From a virus (Duplodnaviria; Caudoviricetes), in the IMG/VR virus record IMGVR_UViG_3300009169_000025, positions 1-59,105 of that record: a stretch of 59,105 nucleotides of DNA; one strand, given 5' to 3'. This document shows, piece after piece, positions 32,369 through 40,881 of the stretch. Positions within the stretch are counted from its first letter, which is position 1. The number at the start of each line of letters is the position of its first letter. A program made the position numbers and the translations under genes. The notes under the pieces are model-generated. The model saw nothing but the letters and a program-made list of their open reading frames with translations, was not told the DNA's origin and ran no database searches.

Positions 32369-32699
32369 AGGTATAATCAAAATGTAATTTCTGTAAAAAG
32401 TCTTCTTCTCTTTTATCTAAAGCTGTCACTAATGGTAGTGAAGTAGTGTCAAAAGTATCTGTATTAAAATACTTGGCTAACCTGAAGCACTCCTTAAGGT
32501 GAGCTTTTATCACCAGTGCTTTTTCTGACTTAGTCCTTGCTACATAACAACTCTCAATAGGAAAAAGATAGACTTTTAAAGTTTCCTCACTATCCTTGTG
32601 AATATGAATGGCACTCCTAAAGACATAAATGTTATCTTCTACAGTTTCTGTTTCATAATCAGGGAAGATTGGAAGACTTTCAATGTCCTCTTGTCTCAT
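32367..32699 (-). CDS. Hypothetical protein
   Basis: 110-aa ORF overlapping the upstream gene, last in the - strand operon. Confidence 0.6.
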   Translation of the reverse strand: MRQEDIESLPIFPDYETETVEDNIYVFRSAIHIHKDSEETLKVYLFPIESCYVARTKSEKALVIKAHLKECFRLAKYFNTDTFDTTSLPLVTALDKREEDFLQKLHFDYT

Positions 32700-32895
32700 C
32701 TATGATTGATTCTTGTATAGGATTAGCAGTTCTTTCTTTCCAACCTGTTAACATTTTCCATTTAGCCAAAAGACTATTGGCTTTGTGAACTAAAAAAGTA
32801 GGGATATAATCTTTATTAAAAATAGTTTTAATTTCAGTTTCTACATTTTGTATTTCTCCTAGTTCATTTTCTGTGTAGCTTCTTCCTGGTTCCAT
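32680..32895 (-). CDS. Hypothetical protein
   Basis: 71-aa ORF abutting both neighbours. Confidence 0.6.
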   Translation of the reverse strand: MEPGRSYTENELGEIQNVETEIKTIFNKDYIPTFLVHKANSLLAKWKMLTGWKERTANPIQESIIDETRGH

Positions 32896-33672
32896 CTATA
32901 ATCTTAGTATTGAATAATTAACTCCTATACCAACAAAGACTTGAGGAACAAATCCGGAACCTACCCCATAAGATACTGTGGGCCCTATACCAAACCTTTT
33001 AGGTTTAGGTGGGGTAACATTAAAGGATCTTAAAGTTGAGACCTTATTGAAAGGATTATGCAATGTAACTTCAGCAAAAGGTCTAGGTTTTCCTAATCCT
33101 AAGAAACCTGTCTTTTCTTGACCAAGTACCACATCAATCTCTTCATGAAACCTCATACCTACTTGAGTACTGTCTTTAGTAGCAGTCACTTCTCCCCAAA
33201 CCCATTTAGTTTTCTCAAACTTACCTGTACCCATAATTTCAAAAGTTGTTTTATAGACTGGGTCACAAGGTTTGGCAGTATCTCTTTCTACTACTGTCAC
33301 TTCAGTAACATCAATTTCAGCATCAGTAGTAATAATTGTAGCACTACCTTTCTTGCCTAATTGTTTCTTGTACTTAGTAACCAAAGCTTGAAGTTCAATG
33401 ACAGTAGAGTCTGCTGTGTTCCACTTTGTAAAGTAATCAGCACTCTGATATTCTAGAAGAGTAATGTTAGCTTTAAAATTGCCTTCCTTATCTCTCCAAG
33501 TAACCAAACTGTCTCCTAAAGCTTTGTTCATAGTTTCAACTTCAGCTAACTTAGCTTTAGCTTCACAACCTGTCCACATTGCCAAAATTGCAACTATTAT
33601 AAGAATTACAATTAGTATTTTTTTGACTGTTTTCCAAGTTTCTTGGTACTCTATTTTATCTATTTGATTCAT
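32896..33672 (-). CDS. Membrane-anchored spanin-like protein (putative lysis accessory)
   Basis: N-terminal TM helix ending in TGC (lipobox-like), then coiled coil, beta region and a C-terminal amphipathic Gly-rich beta hairpin (RFGIGPTVSYG...FVGIGVNY). Confidence 0.45.
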   Translation of the reverse strand: MNQIDKIEYQETWKTVKKILIVILIIVAILAMWTGCEAKAKLAEVETMNKALGDSLVTWRDKEGNFKANITLLEYQSADYFTKWNTADSTVIELQALVTKYKKQLGKKGSATIITTDAEIDVTEVTVVERDTAKPCDPVYKTTFEIMGTGKFEKTKWVWGEVTATKDSTQVGMRFHEEIDVVLGQEKTGFLGLGKPRPFAEVTLHNPFNKVSTLRSFNVTPPKPKRFGIGPTVSYGVGSGFVPQVFVGIGVNYSILRL

Positions 33673-33686
33673 AGTAATTTAGATTT

Positions 33687-33723
33687 AAAATTGCAAGAAT
33701 TGCAAGTTTTGCAACTCTTGCAA
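33687..33723 (-). terminator. Intrinsic terminator downstream of MazG
   Basis: Inverted repeat TTGCAAGA-A-TTGCAA / TTGCAA-C-TCTTGCAA (33691-33723) followed by TTTT on the - strand. Confidence 0.65.
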
Positions 33724-33731
33724 GTTAGTAA

Positions 33732-34418
33732 TTATTTTTCTAATTCAACTCTTTCAGCATCTAGATCTCTATTTTGAGCAGCTTCTTCAGTGAATTTTTC
33801 CGGGTATCTTACTTTCAACTTGTTAATGTTGTTTGTAAGTAATTGGAAGAAATCCAATTCATACCATTCTGCAATATTGGCTAGCATAGCTAATTGTACA
33901 ATAGGGGCACTAAAGATGTTATTAGTTGGCCCACAATAAGCTTGTAATAAAGGATGCATCAAAGCTTCTGCTTTTAATCCTACAGACAAATCTTTTTGAG
34001 TAAACATCTCAGTGTCTAATAATTGCTTTATTTCAGCCTTAACTGTGTCAAAGTCATCATCTAAAGGTATTTGATGAAATCTGCATTTGTTTACAATGTA
34101 CCAAGCAATGTCTGCTAACTCTTCTCCAAGGTTAACTACATCAAAAGGCTTGTTGTAAGCTAGATTTTTCTTGTAGATGTCAAGGACTTCTCCAATTTCA
34201 GTAATAACACCAAGATTCATGTGTCTTTCATTTTCATGTTCTCCTGGTAAGCTTGGGCAAGTTCTGCTTGCCAGACCCTGATATTCAAGGATAGTTTGAA
34301 TTTTACTCATTTTAATAAGTTTTTTAAAATTAATATCATATTCATCAAATAAAGGCCAATGTATAAAAGATACTTTTGACCCATCTTCTAGAGTTTTAGT
34401 TATAAACTCTGCTTTCAT
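33732..34418 (-). CDS. MazG-like nucleotide pyrophosphohydrolase (alternative start at 34310)
   Basis: LGVITEIGEVLDIYKK...EELADIAWY and NINKLKVRYP motifs; about 70-aa insertion between them. Confidence 0.85.
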   Translation of the reverse strand: MKAEFITKTLEDGSKVSFIHWPLFDEYDINFKKLIKMSKIQTILEYQGLASRTCPSLPGEHENERHMNLGVITEIGEVLDIYKKNLAYNKPFDVVNLGEELADIAWYIVNKCRFHQIPLDDDFDTVKAEIKQLLDTEMFTQKDLSVGLKAEALMHPLLQAYCGPTNNIFSAPIVQLAMLANIAEWYELDFFQLLTNNINKLKVRYPEKFTEEAAQNRDLDAERVELEK

Positions 34419-35479
34419 TATTTATCTTCTCTAAATCCTACACATACAGGGAATCTTGGAAGACCTCCATCAGTGTATTCAAAGAATCTAATCTCTGCTT
34501 TTTTACCAATGTAGTTTTCCTTGTTGATAAGAATTTCTTCTCTATCAGCATGACTAAATTTCATACCACAAGTAAAAGTAACTCCTTGAGGAGTAACACA
34601 TTCAACTACACCTTGCTCAGGTCTAGACTCTGAAGGCCATACTTCATTAACTGTGTAAACTTCATCTAAGAAATCTTTGTATTTAAGTAATTGAGAACTT
34701 CTTTTGTTTACAGCATACCCTTCTTCAGAGTGTCTTATCATAGTGCCTTCATATCCTTGAGATACAAATGTCCCATGATAATAAGCTATATCTAACTCAG
34801 TATTAGCTATATAAGTAGGAACTAGTTCAATATTGTGATTAGGATTTTCTACTAAATATTCTTGAAGTTTTTGATATCTTAAACTAAAAGGAGCATCCAT
34901 AACCATATCATAAACATGATACTTAACTTGTTCTGTAAGATGAGGTCTGTACTTCTTGATAAGTTTCATATTCTCTTGAAATGAAATCCCATGGGCATAT
35001 AACTCTCCATCTAAAATGGCATCATCAAGGTCTGCTAACACTATATGACCAAGAGTATCTATAGATTTTCCTGTTCTTGACATAAAACCATCATCTTCAG
35101 TCCCTAAAGACCTCATACCATCTAGCTTAGGTTGTACATAACAAGGATATGTAACTTTCTTCATTTCCTTCTTAAAGTCTTTGGCTAACATAGGCAGTAA
35201 AAAATCCTTACCACCTTTTTCCTGAGCTTCTTCAATAGAGTTAAAATACCCTAATCTCATCTTCTCAGTAATCTTAGAATTGGCTTCTAAGACAGCTTGT
35301 TCTGCTGGAGTAGTACCATTAGCTTTTCCAACATTTTTGGCCTCACAAGCACTTCTGTTGTAGACAGGACTATTAGTCCCAACTACACCAGATTCTTGCA
35401 CTACCATATTACCTTCAGTAGAAATAGATAAATATCTTATCTTACCACTACTATCTTTTTTATAAATTCTTTGTTCCAA
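34418..35479 (-). CDS. ATP-dependent DNA ligase with N-terminal WGR-like domain
   Basis: PMLA, QPKLDGMR (motif I), LDGELY, YHVYD, YEGTMIR, LLKYK and PRFP motifs. Confidence 0.92.
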   Translation of the reverse strand: MEQRIYKKDSSGKIRYLSISTEGNMVVQESGVVGTNSPVYNRSACEAKNVGKANGTTPAEQAVLEANSKITEKMRLGYFNSIEEAQEKGGKDFLLPMLAKDFKKEMKKVTYPCYVQPKLDGMRSLGTEDDGFMSRTGKSIDTLGHIVLADLDDAILDGELYAHGISFQENMKLIKKYRPHLTEQVKYHVYDMVMDAPFSLRYQKLQEYLVENPNHNIELVPTYIANTELDIAYYHGTFVSQGYEGTMIRHSEEGYAVNKRSSQLLKYKDFLDEVYTVNEVWPSESRPEQGVVECVTPQGVTFTCGMKFSHADREEILINKENYIGKKAEIRFFEYTDGGLPRFPVCVGFREDK

Positions 35480-35713
35480 TTAATCTTTTTTTAATAAGTT
35501 ATACACTTGTTCAAATGTAATATTATCAAGACATCTGTCTATAAATTGCATTTGACCCTCTAAGGTAATTAGATACCAACCTCCTTGAGACTTTACTATG
35601 GCATCTCTAAGACAATTAAAGAAGCAGAAGGAAGTAAGTCTCCTTGTGCTTCTTATTGTGTCTGTGGGTCTAATATTATGAGGTTTGTCATAAACCCAAA
35701 TCTTAGTTTCCAC
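35480..35713 (-). CDS. Hypothetical protein
   Basis: 77-aa ORF tightly coupled to both neighbours. Confidence 0.6.
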   Translation of the reverse strand: METKIWVYDKPHNIRPTDTIRSTRRLTSFCFFNCLRDAIVKSQGGWYLITLEGQMQFIDRCLDNITFEQVYNLLKKD

Positions 35714-36000
35714 TACTCTACACCAATGATGTCAAGGTAGTGAACAATAGTCAAAGCAGTGATTGGGTCTTTTTGGTCTTTAGGAGAAGTTACATTCATC
35801 CCATTAAAAGTTACATGATTTTGAAAGATAGGTGCTTTACCCACTTCTATTCCATGTGCTTCAGGAACCATAGGCCCAATTTCTTTGATTTCAAAGGTAG
35901 TTATATACCCCTCTTTTTCACTCTTGCCTGGCAAGATTACAAAACTTTTCTTTTTAGTGTCTGTTTGTTGCACTAATACATATTCTCCTGCTACTTTCAT
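35713..36000 (-). CDS. GroES/Cpn10-like co-chaperonin (divergent)
   Basis: 95 aa; YVLV...VILP...EIGP...IEVG...F...DIIGV parallels GroES RVLV...IILP...AVGP...VKVG...F...DILAV. Confidence 0.65.
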   Translation of the reverse strand: MKVAGEYVLVQQTDTKKKSFVILPGKSEKEGYITTFEIKEIGPMVPEAHGIEVGKAPIFQNHVTFNGMNVTSPKDQKDPITALTIVHYLDIIGVE

Positions 36001-36023
36001 AGGATTTTAAATTTAATTGTTTA

Positions 36024-36031
36024 CAAATATA
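36024..36031 (-). promoter_or_regulatory. Candidate -7 promoter element (TATATTTG)
   Basis: TAnnTTTG in the intergenic gap 24 nt upstream of the GroES-like ATG; same TATATTTGTAA context as at 56511-56521. Confidence 0.6.
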
Positions 36032-36160
36032 AAGAAAAAGATTTAATTACTTTCTCTTTTATTAATACAAGATTCACATTGTAAAGGTAAACTTAACTCA
36101 ACTTTTAAAACATAAATAATATTTTTACAACTTGAGTTAATGCACTCTTTTGGTTTTAAT

Positions 36161-36394
36161 CTAAACTTTCCCATTTGGTAAATAGATTGCTAAAATTTCT
36201 TTACAAGCTTTACCATAATCAAAAGGTAAAAGTTTAGACTCTGCAACAAACTCTATTAAAATAGCAGGTTGTGCACTATTTTCAGACTCTTCTACAGTTA
36301 ATGTAAAAGGATACCCTACACTTTTGTGTGTATAAATCCCTTTATAAAAAATGTGTTTTGCAAAAGGATGTCTATCTAATTGTACTTGTGTCAT
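36161..36394 (-). CDS. Hypothetical protein
   Basis: 77-aa ORF with ATGA coupling. Confidence 0.6.
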   Translation of the reverse strand: MTQVQLDRHPFAKHIFYKGIYTHKSVGYPFTLTVEESENSAQPAILIEFVAESKLLPFDYGKACKEILAIYLPNGKV

Positions 36395-36594
36395 AATGGT
36401 TTCTTTTCTTTAGGTACTAAGTTTAAACTTCTACTTCTATCATCCCATTTTAATAGGATTTCCTTAATCATTTCTCTAACCTGATTTAACTCCTGAATTT
36501 CTTCAGGAGTCAAACCTTGGCTAGGAAAGTTAGATCCCATTAGTCTATATTTAGACCAATTACGGACCTTAGCTAATCTGGCTAAGTCACTCAT
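36391..36594 (-). CDS. Hypothetical protein
   Basis: 67-aa ORF with overlap coupling. Confidence 0.6.
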   Translation of the reverse strand: MSDLARLAKVRNWSKYRLMGSNFPSQGLTPEEIQELNQVREMIKEILLKWDDRSRSLNLVPKEKKPL

Positions 36595-36772
36595 CTATAC
36601 CTACTAAATTACAAATATCATTGTAAGCTAGCTGAACTTCATGAGGTTCTGAGCCACTATCTGAGACTTCATCTTGACATAAGGATATAAATCCCCATAT
36701 CTCATCTCTGTGCTTAGGGTGATCTTTTGCAATACCCTTTGCCCATTGCACTAATTGATCTAAACTAGTCAT
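36587..36772 (-). CDS. Hypothetical protein
   Basis: 61-aa helical ORF with overlap coupling. Confidence 0.6.
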   Translation of the reverse strand: MTSLDQLVQWAKGIAKDHPKHRDEIWGFISLCQDEVSDSGSEPHEVQLAYNDICNLVGIDE

Positions 36773-37001
36773 TTTCTTGAGCTGAGTCTATAACATTAAA
36801 CATGCCTGTAATAATCTTGTCTTTGTCTTCAAATTTGTAAAACTCTCCAAAATCAGTATCATCTAACCCTCTATCAATAGCTGCTCTATCTCTAGAACTA
36901 ATTGGAGGGCATTGAATTTGCTTTTGGGTTTTATTAGTTTTATCATATTCATTCATAAAACAATCTACAGTAAGGCTTCCTATTTTAAGTTGCTGATTCA
37001 T
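36765..37001 (-). CDS. Hypothetical protein
   Basis: 78-aa ORF within the operon. Confidence 0.55.
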   Translation of the reverse strand: MNQQLKIGSLTVDCFMNEYDKTNKTQKQIQCPPISSRDRAAIDRGLDDTDFGEFYKFEDKDKIITGMFNVIDSAQEND

Positions 37002-37004
37002 ATC

Positions 37005-37631
37005 CTAGTTTTTAGGTGGAAATAAATCAGTGATGTGTAAGCCTAAAGCTTCAGAGATATGCTCTAAAGAACTAAGAATAGGATTAGTATCAGAAGTTTC
37101 TATCTGACTGATACTTGAAGCAGAAACTTTTCCATTAGTCAAATTAGAAAGAGCATTTTGAGTTAAACCTCTAGCTGTTCTAGTTTGAGAAATTACCATC
37201 CCCACATATTCAGAAAGACAAACTTCCTTCTCTTCAAAAGTAGTTACTACTACAGGAGTCTTAATAATGTACCCCCTACCTCTCTTTTCTACTGAAGGTT
37301 CTAAAGTCTCAGTTATTTGAACTTCACTTACAGTGACTTCCAAAACTTCTTCTTTAACTTCTTCAATAGGTTTTTCTTTCCAAGCATACATATATAAACT
37401 ATAAGTGTCTTCTCCAGGGCCAAATTTGTTCTGGTATGGACCTGCAGTAAACTTGGGTTTTAAAAGCTCTTCTACACTGTAGATTGAGACCTGACCAGGA
37501 TAGTCAGCACAAGTTACTCTGATTGGACAATTATGAATTTTGATAGCTGTTTCTACAAAAGTGTTGGATAATGCTATCACCCCTTCCTTAGAAGTGGTAC
37601 AATGTTTCTCTAAAAATTCTAATTTCTGCAT
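37005..37631 (-). CDS. Protein with C-terminal XRE/Cro-type helix-turn-helix
   Basis: RTARGLTQNALS...VSASSISQIE...NPILSSLEHISEALGL is a canonical HTH_3 pattern. Confidence 0.85.
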   Translation of the reverse strand: MQKLEFLEKHCTTSKEGVIALSNTFVETAIKIHNCPIRVTCADYPGQVSIYSVEELLKPKFTAGPYQNKFGPGEDTYSLYMYAWKEKPIEEVKEEVLEVTVSEVQITETLEPSVEKRGRGYIIKTPVVVTTFEEKEVCLSEYVGMVISQTRTARGLTQNALSNLTNGKVSASSISQIETSDTNPILSSLEHISEALGLHITDLFPPKN

Positions 37632-37643
37632 GTTATATTATGT

Positions 37644-38027
37644 TTATAAATTATTAATTCTCTCTTTGATACTTGCTTCACATAAGATTAGGTAGTTTAT
37701 CAGGTCACCTATCTTTTCATTTACTACTTCCTGTTCAGGAAGCCTCCCTTGTTCTATATCATTAATTATGTCTAAGAATGATACATAATGCTTAGCAGCA
37801 AAACCCCAAAGAGCTTTCTCTTCAGTAGTGTTTTGTACTCTAGCAGCAACTCTAAAATTGTGCAAAGGGTCATTGTTTCTTCTATATTCCTTACCTTTTT
37901 CTACAAGAGTCTCTTTAACTTTAATGCATCTCTGTAATACAAGAGCATCAAACTGAGTCTCAGTCATCTTAGTGTAAGTCACTGATTTAGGCTTTTCTTC
38001 CATACCAAATATCTTGAAGTTTAACAA
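37644..38027 (-). CDS. DUF1599/Nmad1-like all-alpha nucleotide-modification-associated protein (start possibly 38003)
   Basis: KGKEY...DPLHNF...KH...EKIGDLINYLIL pattern. Confidence 0.6.
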   Translation of the reverse strand: MLNFKIFGMEEKPKSVTYTKMTETQFDALVLQRCIKVKETLVEKGKEYRRNNDPLHNFRVAARVQNTTEEKALWGFAAKHYVSFLDIINDIEQGRLPEQEVVNEKIGDLINYLILCEASIKERINNL

Positions 38028-38301
38028 TTAACTTTTGCCACCATCTTAGAACAGTTTTTCCAGGAGCTTTATAAGAAGGTTTTTGAGGTCCTTCTGGGGT
38101 AAATTCTACACAAAGAGCTTCTCTAACCCATTTTTCAGGCTTAAATTGCTCACTTCCATAGTTTTCCCATCTAAGTAAAAGATAGATGTTTTTACCTCTC
38201 TTTTCAACAGCCATGACCCTAGCAGGGGCAGAGTTGTTTTTGTAGAGAACATAGACTTTTTCTTCAGTAAGGCTGTTCTTTCTTCTTTTAGAATTCAACA
38301 T
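37987..38301 (-). CDS. Hypothetical protein (small beta-barrel/chromo-like)
   Basis: 104 aa; RVMAVEKRGKNIYLLLRWENYG...KW resembles a chromo/SH3-like fold (weak). Confidence 0.5.
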   Translation of the reverse strand: MLNSKRRKNSLTEEKVYVLYKNNSAPARVMAVEKRGKNIYLLLRWENYGSEQFKPEKWVREALCVEFTPEGPQKPSYKAPGKTVLRWWQKLIVKLQDIWYGRKA

Positions 38302-38509
38302 ACTCTACATTTTGTGATTGCAACTCTTTAATTAAAAGGTCATCATCTTCACTTCTTAAAGGGTCTTCTTCTAAAATGGCTTCTAAATTGTAAGCTCTCT
38401 CCTCATCTTGAGGATTGACCATAGAAGGGTTGATGTTTTTTCTTATCCAAGACTTAAGTGAAGCACTAAAGTCAGGGTGATAAGCTGTAATAATTAATGT
38501 GTGTGCCAT
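38288..38509 (-). CDS. Hypothetical protein
   Basis: 73-aa ORF within the operon. Confidence 0.6.
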   Translation of the reverse strand: MAHTLIITAYHPDFSASLKSWIRKNINPSMVNPQDEERAYNLEAILEEDPLRSEDDDLLIKELQSQNVEYVEF

Positions 38510-38539
38510 CTGATTAAAATTAATGAAAGCTAAGGGGGA

Positions 38540-39175
38540 CTAATCCCCCAAAGGCTTCCAAGTGTTAAAAAATTCTTCCTCCTCATTAGGGGGAAGGTCA
38601 TACTCCCAAGACCCTTGTAAAAAGTCTTGTTCTTCTAACTGGACATTAAATGTTTCTTTGACTAAGATCTTCAACTGATTTTTAGCATATAGTGTTTTAC
38701 ACAGTACATGCCTTGCAGCAGCTTTATTCTCATCTCCAAAGAAAGTATTAATCTCATTTTTGGTGTACATTAGACTATACTTACCTAGCAAAAACTTGTC
38801 ATAAGCATCAGCTAATTCAGGTGGGAATGCCAATACTATCATCTGTTTTCTGCTATTATTCTCAAGAATTGAGTCATAAGCATAATCTGTAACATAATAT
38901 TCTTGATGCTTTATCCAATCCATAAAGTTTTGGAATAAATCAGGTCTCACAAGCTTGTCTACAAGAATAAAAATATTCTTTTGACCTTCTAAATGAGTAC
39001 CTTCTAACAAAGAATCATGTATACCAAAGGCTAATTTAAAGACCAAGTTTAGCTTGGTCTTCAAAGTAGGCCCATAAAAATTTAGAGCAGGAACTAAGTA
39101 CTTAACGGTTCTGTTTACATACAACTTACCTAACTCAATTTCCATCCCTATTTTTACAACTCTAGACAATACCAT
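38540..39175 (-). CDS. Hypothetical protein (start possibly 39145)
   Basis: 211-aa ORF with a FLLGKYS motif, downstream of the exonuclease. Confidence 0.7.
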   Translation of the reverse strand: MVLSRVVKIGMEIELGKLYVNRTVKYLVPALNFYGPTLKTKLNLVFKLAFGIHDSLLEGTHLEGQKNIFILVDKLVRPDLFQNFMDWIKHQEYYVTDYAYDSILENNSRKQMIVLAFPPELADAYDKFLLGKYSLMYTKNEINTFFGDENKAAARHVLCKTLYAKNQLKILVKETFNVQLEEQDFLQGSWEYDLPPNEEEEFFNTWKPLGD

Positions 39176-40331
39176 CCCATGATACTAATAATGGGGTTAA
39201 ACCTGCTTCTTGAATCTTTCTTTCTTCATTAAAACCATTCTCTGAATGATAAATATAAAGGTCTAAGAGTTGTTCAAAACCTAGAATCTGATGTTGAATG
39301 ATAGCACTTGCCATACCATCTCCATTAAACATATCTGTTTCATGTAAAGATATAGCTCTTCTACCAAATCTACCCATTTCAAGTAGACTCTTATCAACAA
39401 TATAGACTAAAGGCTTTCCTTGATATGAAGTAGATTCTACTACAAATTGGAAAGGTTTTACCACATCAGAACCATCAGGAACTGCAAAGTGTGAGTGTAA
39501 TGCTAGGGTGTACCAAGCAGCTTGAATATCATATCTTCTGGCTTTAATGCTACTAGGGAAATAAAAAGTATTTCCATTCATAGTCTTCAAGTCAATTCCT
39601 GTGATAGAAAGAATTTTTCCTTCAATATCTCTTTCTACAATAACCATGTCTAACAACCCTTTACATTGTACTCCTCTGTACTCAAAGTAAATAGGAAACT
39701 GGTAATAAATTGTTATGTGTGGTAATGCTTCAAAAAACACTCTATCAAAGAATGCTGAGGTTCTAGGATTACTGCATAAAGATATTACAATACTTGCAAT
39801 AGTTTCTGCTTGTGTTTTGCTGATAACCCTTTTCCCAAAGGCCTTGCATAAATCCATGAAATACTCAGTTCCAGGTTCAATGATGTTCTTTAACTTGGCA
39901 TCTGCTCCCCATCTAGGTTGCCACTCTGCTCTATCACAGGCATCTAGAATATATGAAGGGTGATCTTTCAAATCACCTACAAAATCTATAAAAGAAGTTA
40001 CAGGTAAAGGCTCATCTTGTCCCTGTATTACTTCTAAATGCTCTGCATAGTCCTGCAATAAATCTTGATGAACTGACTGCAAGATTCCTATCACAGTTTC
40101 AGAAGGAAGTTTCTCCACTCCTGAAATGTAATACTCTGCCTCAAAGGCTTCTCTTGAATTAGTTAATATACAATCTACTGCAGAACCTATAACAAAATGC
40201 TCTGCTGAGGAGTCTTCTACTTTATGAAAGGACCCTAAGTCCCCCAATAATCTTTTTAATTTTGACTGACCTAATGCACTAGATTCATAATACTCTAGTA
40301 CTTCTTCCTTTGTGGCTACTATTACTGACAT
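39162..40331 (-). CDS. PD-(D/E)xK exonuclease (RecE/exonuclease VIII-like)
   Basis: LGQSKLK, GSAVD, CKGLLD, IDLKT and YDIQAAWY motifs. Confidence 0.85.
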   Translation of the reverse strand: MSVIVATKEEVLEYYESSALGQSKLKRLLGDLGSFHKVEDSSAEHFVIGSAVDCILTNSREAFEAEYYISGVEKLPSETVIGILQSVHQDLLQDYAEHLEVIQGQDEPLPVTSFIDFVGDLKDHPSYILDACDRAEWQPRWGADAKLKNIIEPGTEYFMDLCKAFGKRVISKTQAETIASIVISLCSNPRTSAFFDRVFFEALPHITIYYQFPIYFEYRGVQCKGLLDMVIVERDIEGKILSITGIDLKTMNGNTFYFPSSIKARRYDIQAAWYTLALHSHFAVPDGSDVVKPFQFVVESTSYQGKPLVYIVDKSLLEMGRFGRRAISLHETDMFNGDGMASAIIQHQILGFEQLLDLYIYHSENGFNEERKIQEAGLTPLLVSWDGIV

Positions 40332-40834
40332 GCTACATACTGTTTTAAGATTACTTCTTGTTTAAAGTGGTCAAGTGTCATGCCTACAACTGTTTTGAAA
40401 TCAGAGTTCAAGTCAAACTTGAAGTCCTTCATCATAGAATACTCTAGATCAGGACTTTTACTTCTGAATACATCAAACTGTATTAAGGACATATACACCA
40501 TTTCCATGTCCGGAGTCCTTTTAACTCCAGGCTTACCTTGTTTGTAATGAAACAATATACAAGGTCTTTTTGTAACTTCATCTTCAGGGGGAAACATAGC
40601 AGTAATGGATGTTGCCATCATAAATAATTCCTTACCAGGATTCATATTCTTTTGGACACCAGCCTTAATCTGCACATTGAAAGGTATATACAACAAATCA
40701 ATCTTTGCATTGTCATGTTTTTTACTTCCAAATCTAGCAGTTTCACAGAAAACAAAGCCTAATTCTCTAAAGAACTTGGCATAATGTCTCTCTGCAGAAC
40801 TACCCTTTCTTTTGTTTGTGGCTCCTAATCCCAT
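40322..40834 (-). CDS. Holliday junction resolvase-like PD-(D/E)xK endonuclease
   Basis: NKRKGSSAER...ID...NVQIK pattern typical of phage Hjc-like resolvases. Confidence 0.7.
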   Translation of the reverse strand: MGLGATNKRKGSSAERHYAKFFRELGFVFCETARFGSKKHDNAKIDLLYIPFNVQIKAGVQKNMNPGKELFMMATSITAMFPPEDEVTKRPCILFHYKQGKPGVKRTPDMEMVYMSLIQFDVFRSKSPDLEYSMMKDFKFDLNSDFKTVVGMTLDHFKQEVILKQYVACQ

Positions 40835-40881
40835 ATAAGATTTTTAAGGTTATAACTAAAAAACTTACATACCTTTGGGAA

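Noticed and set aside
36093-36140. Inverted repeat TTAACTCAA/TTGAGTTAA as origin or ncRNA
   Set aside because: AT-only 30-nt loop and no supporting features; could be a weak terminator or operator but cannot be assigned.
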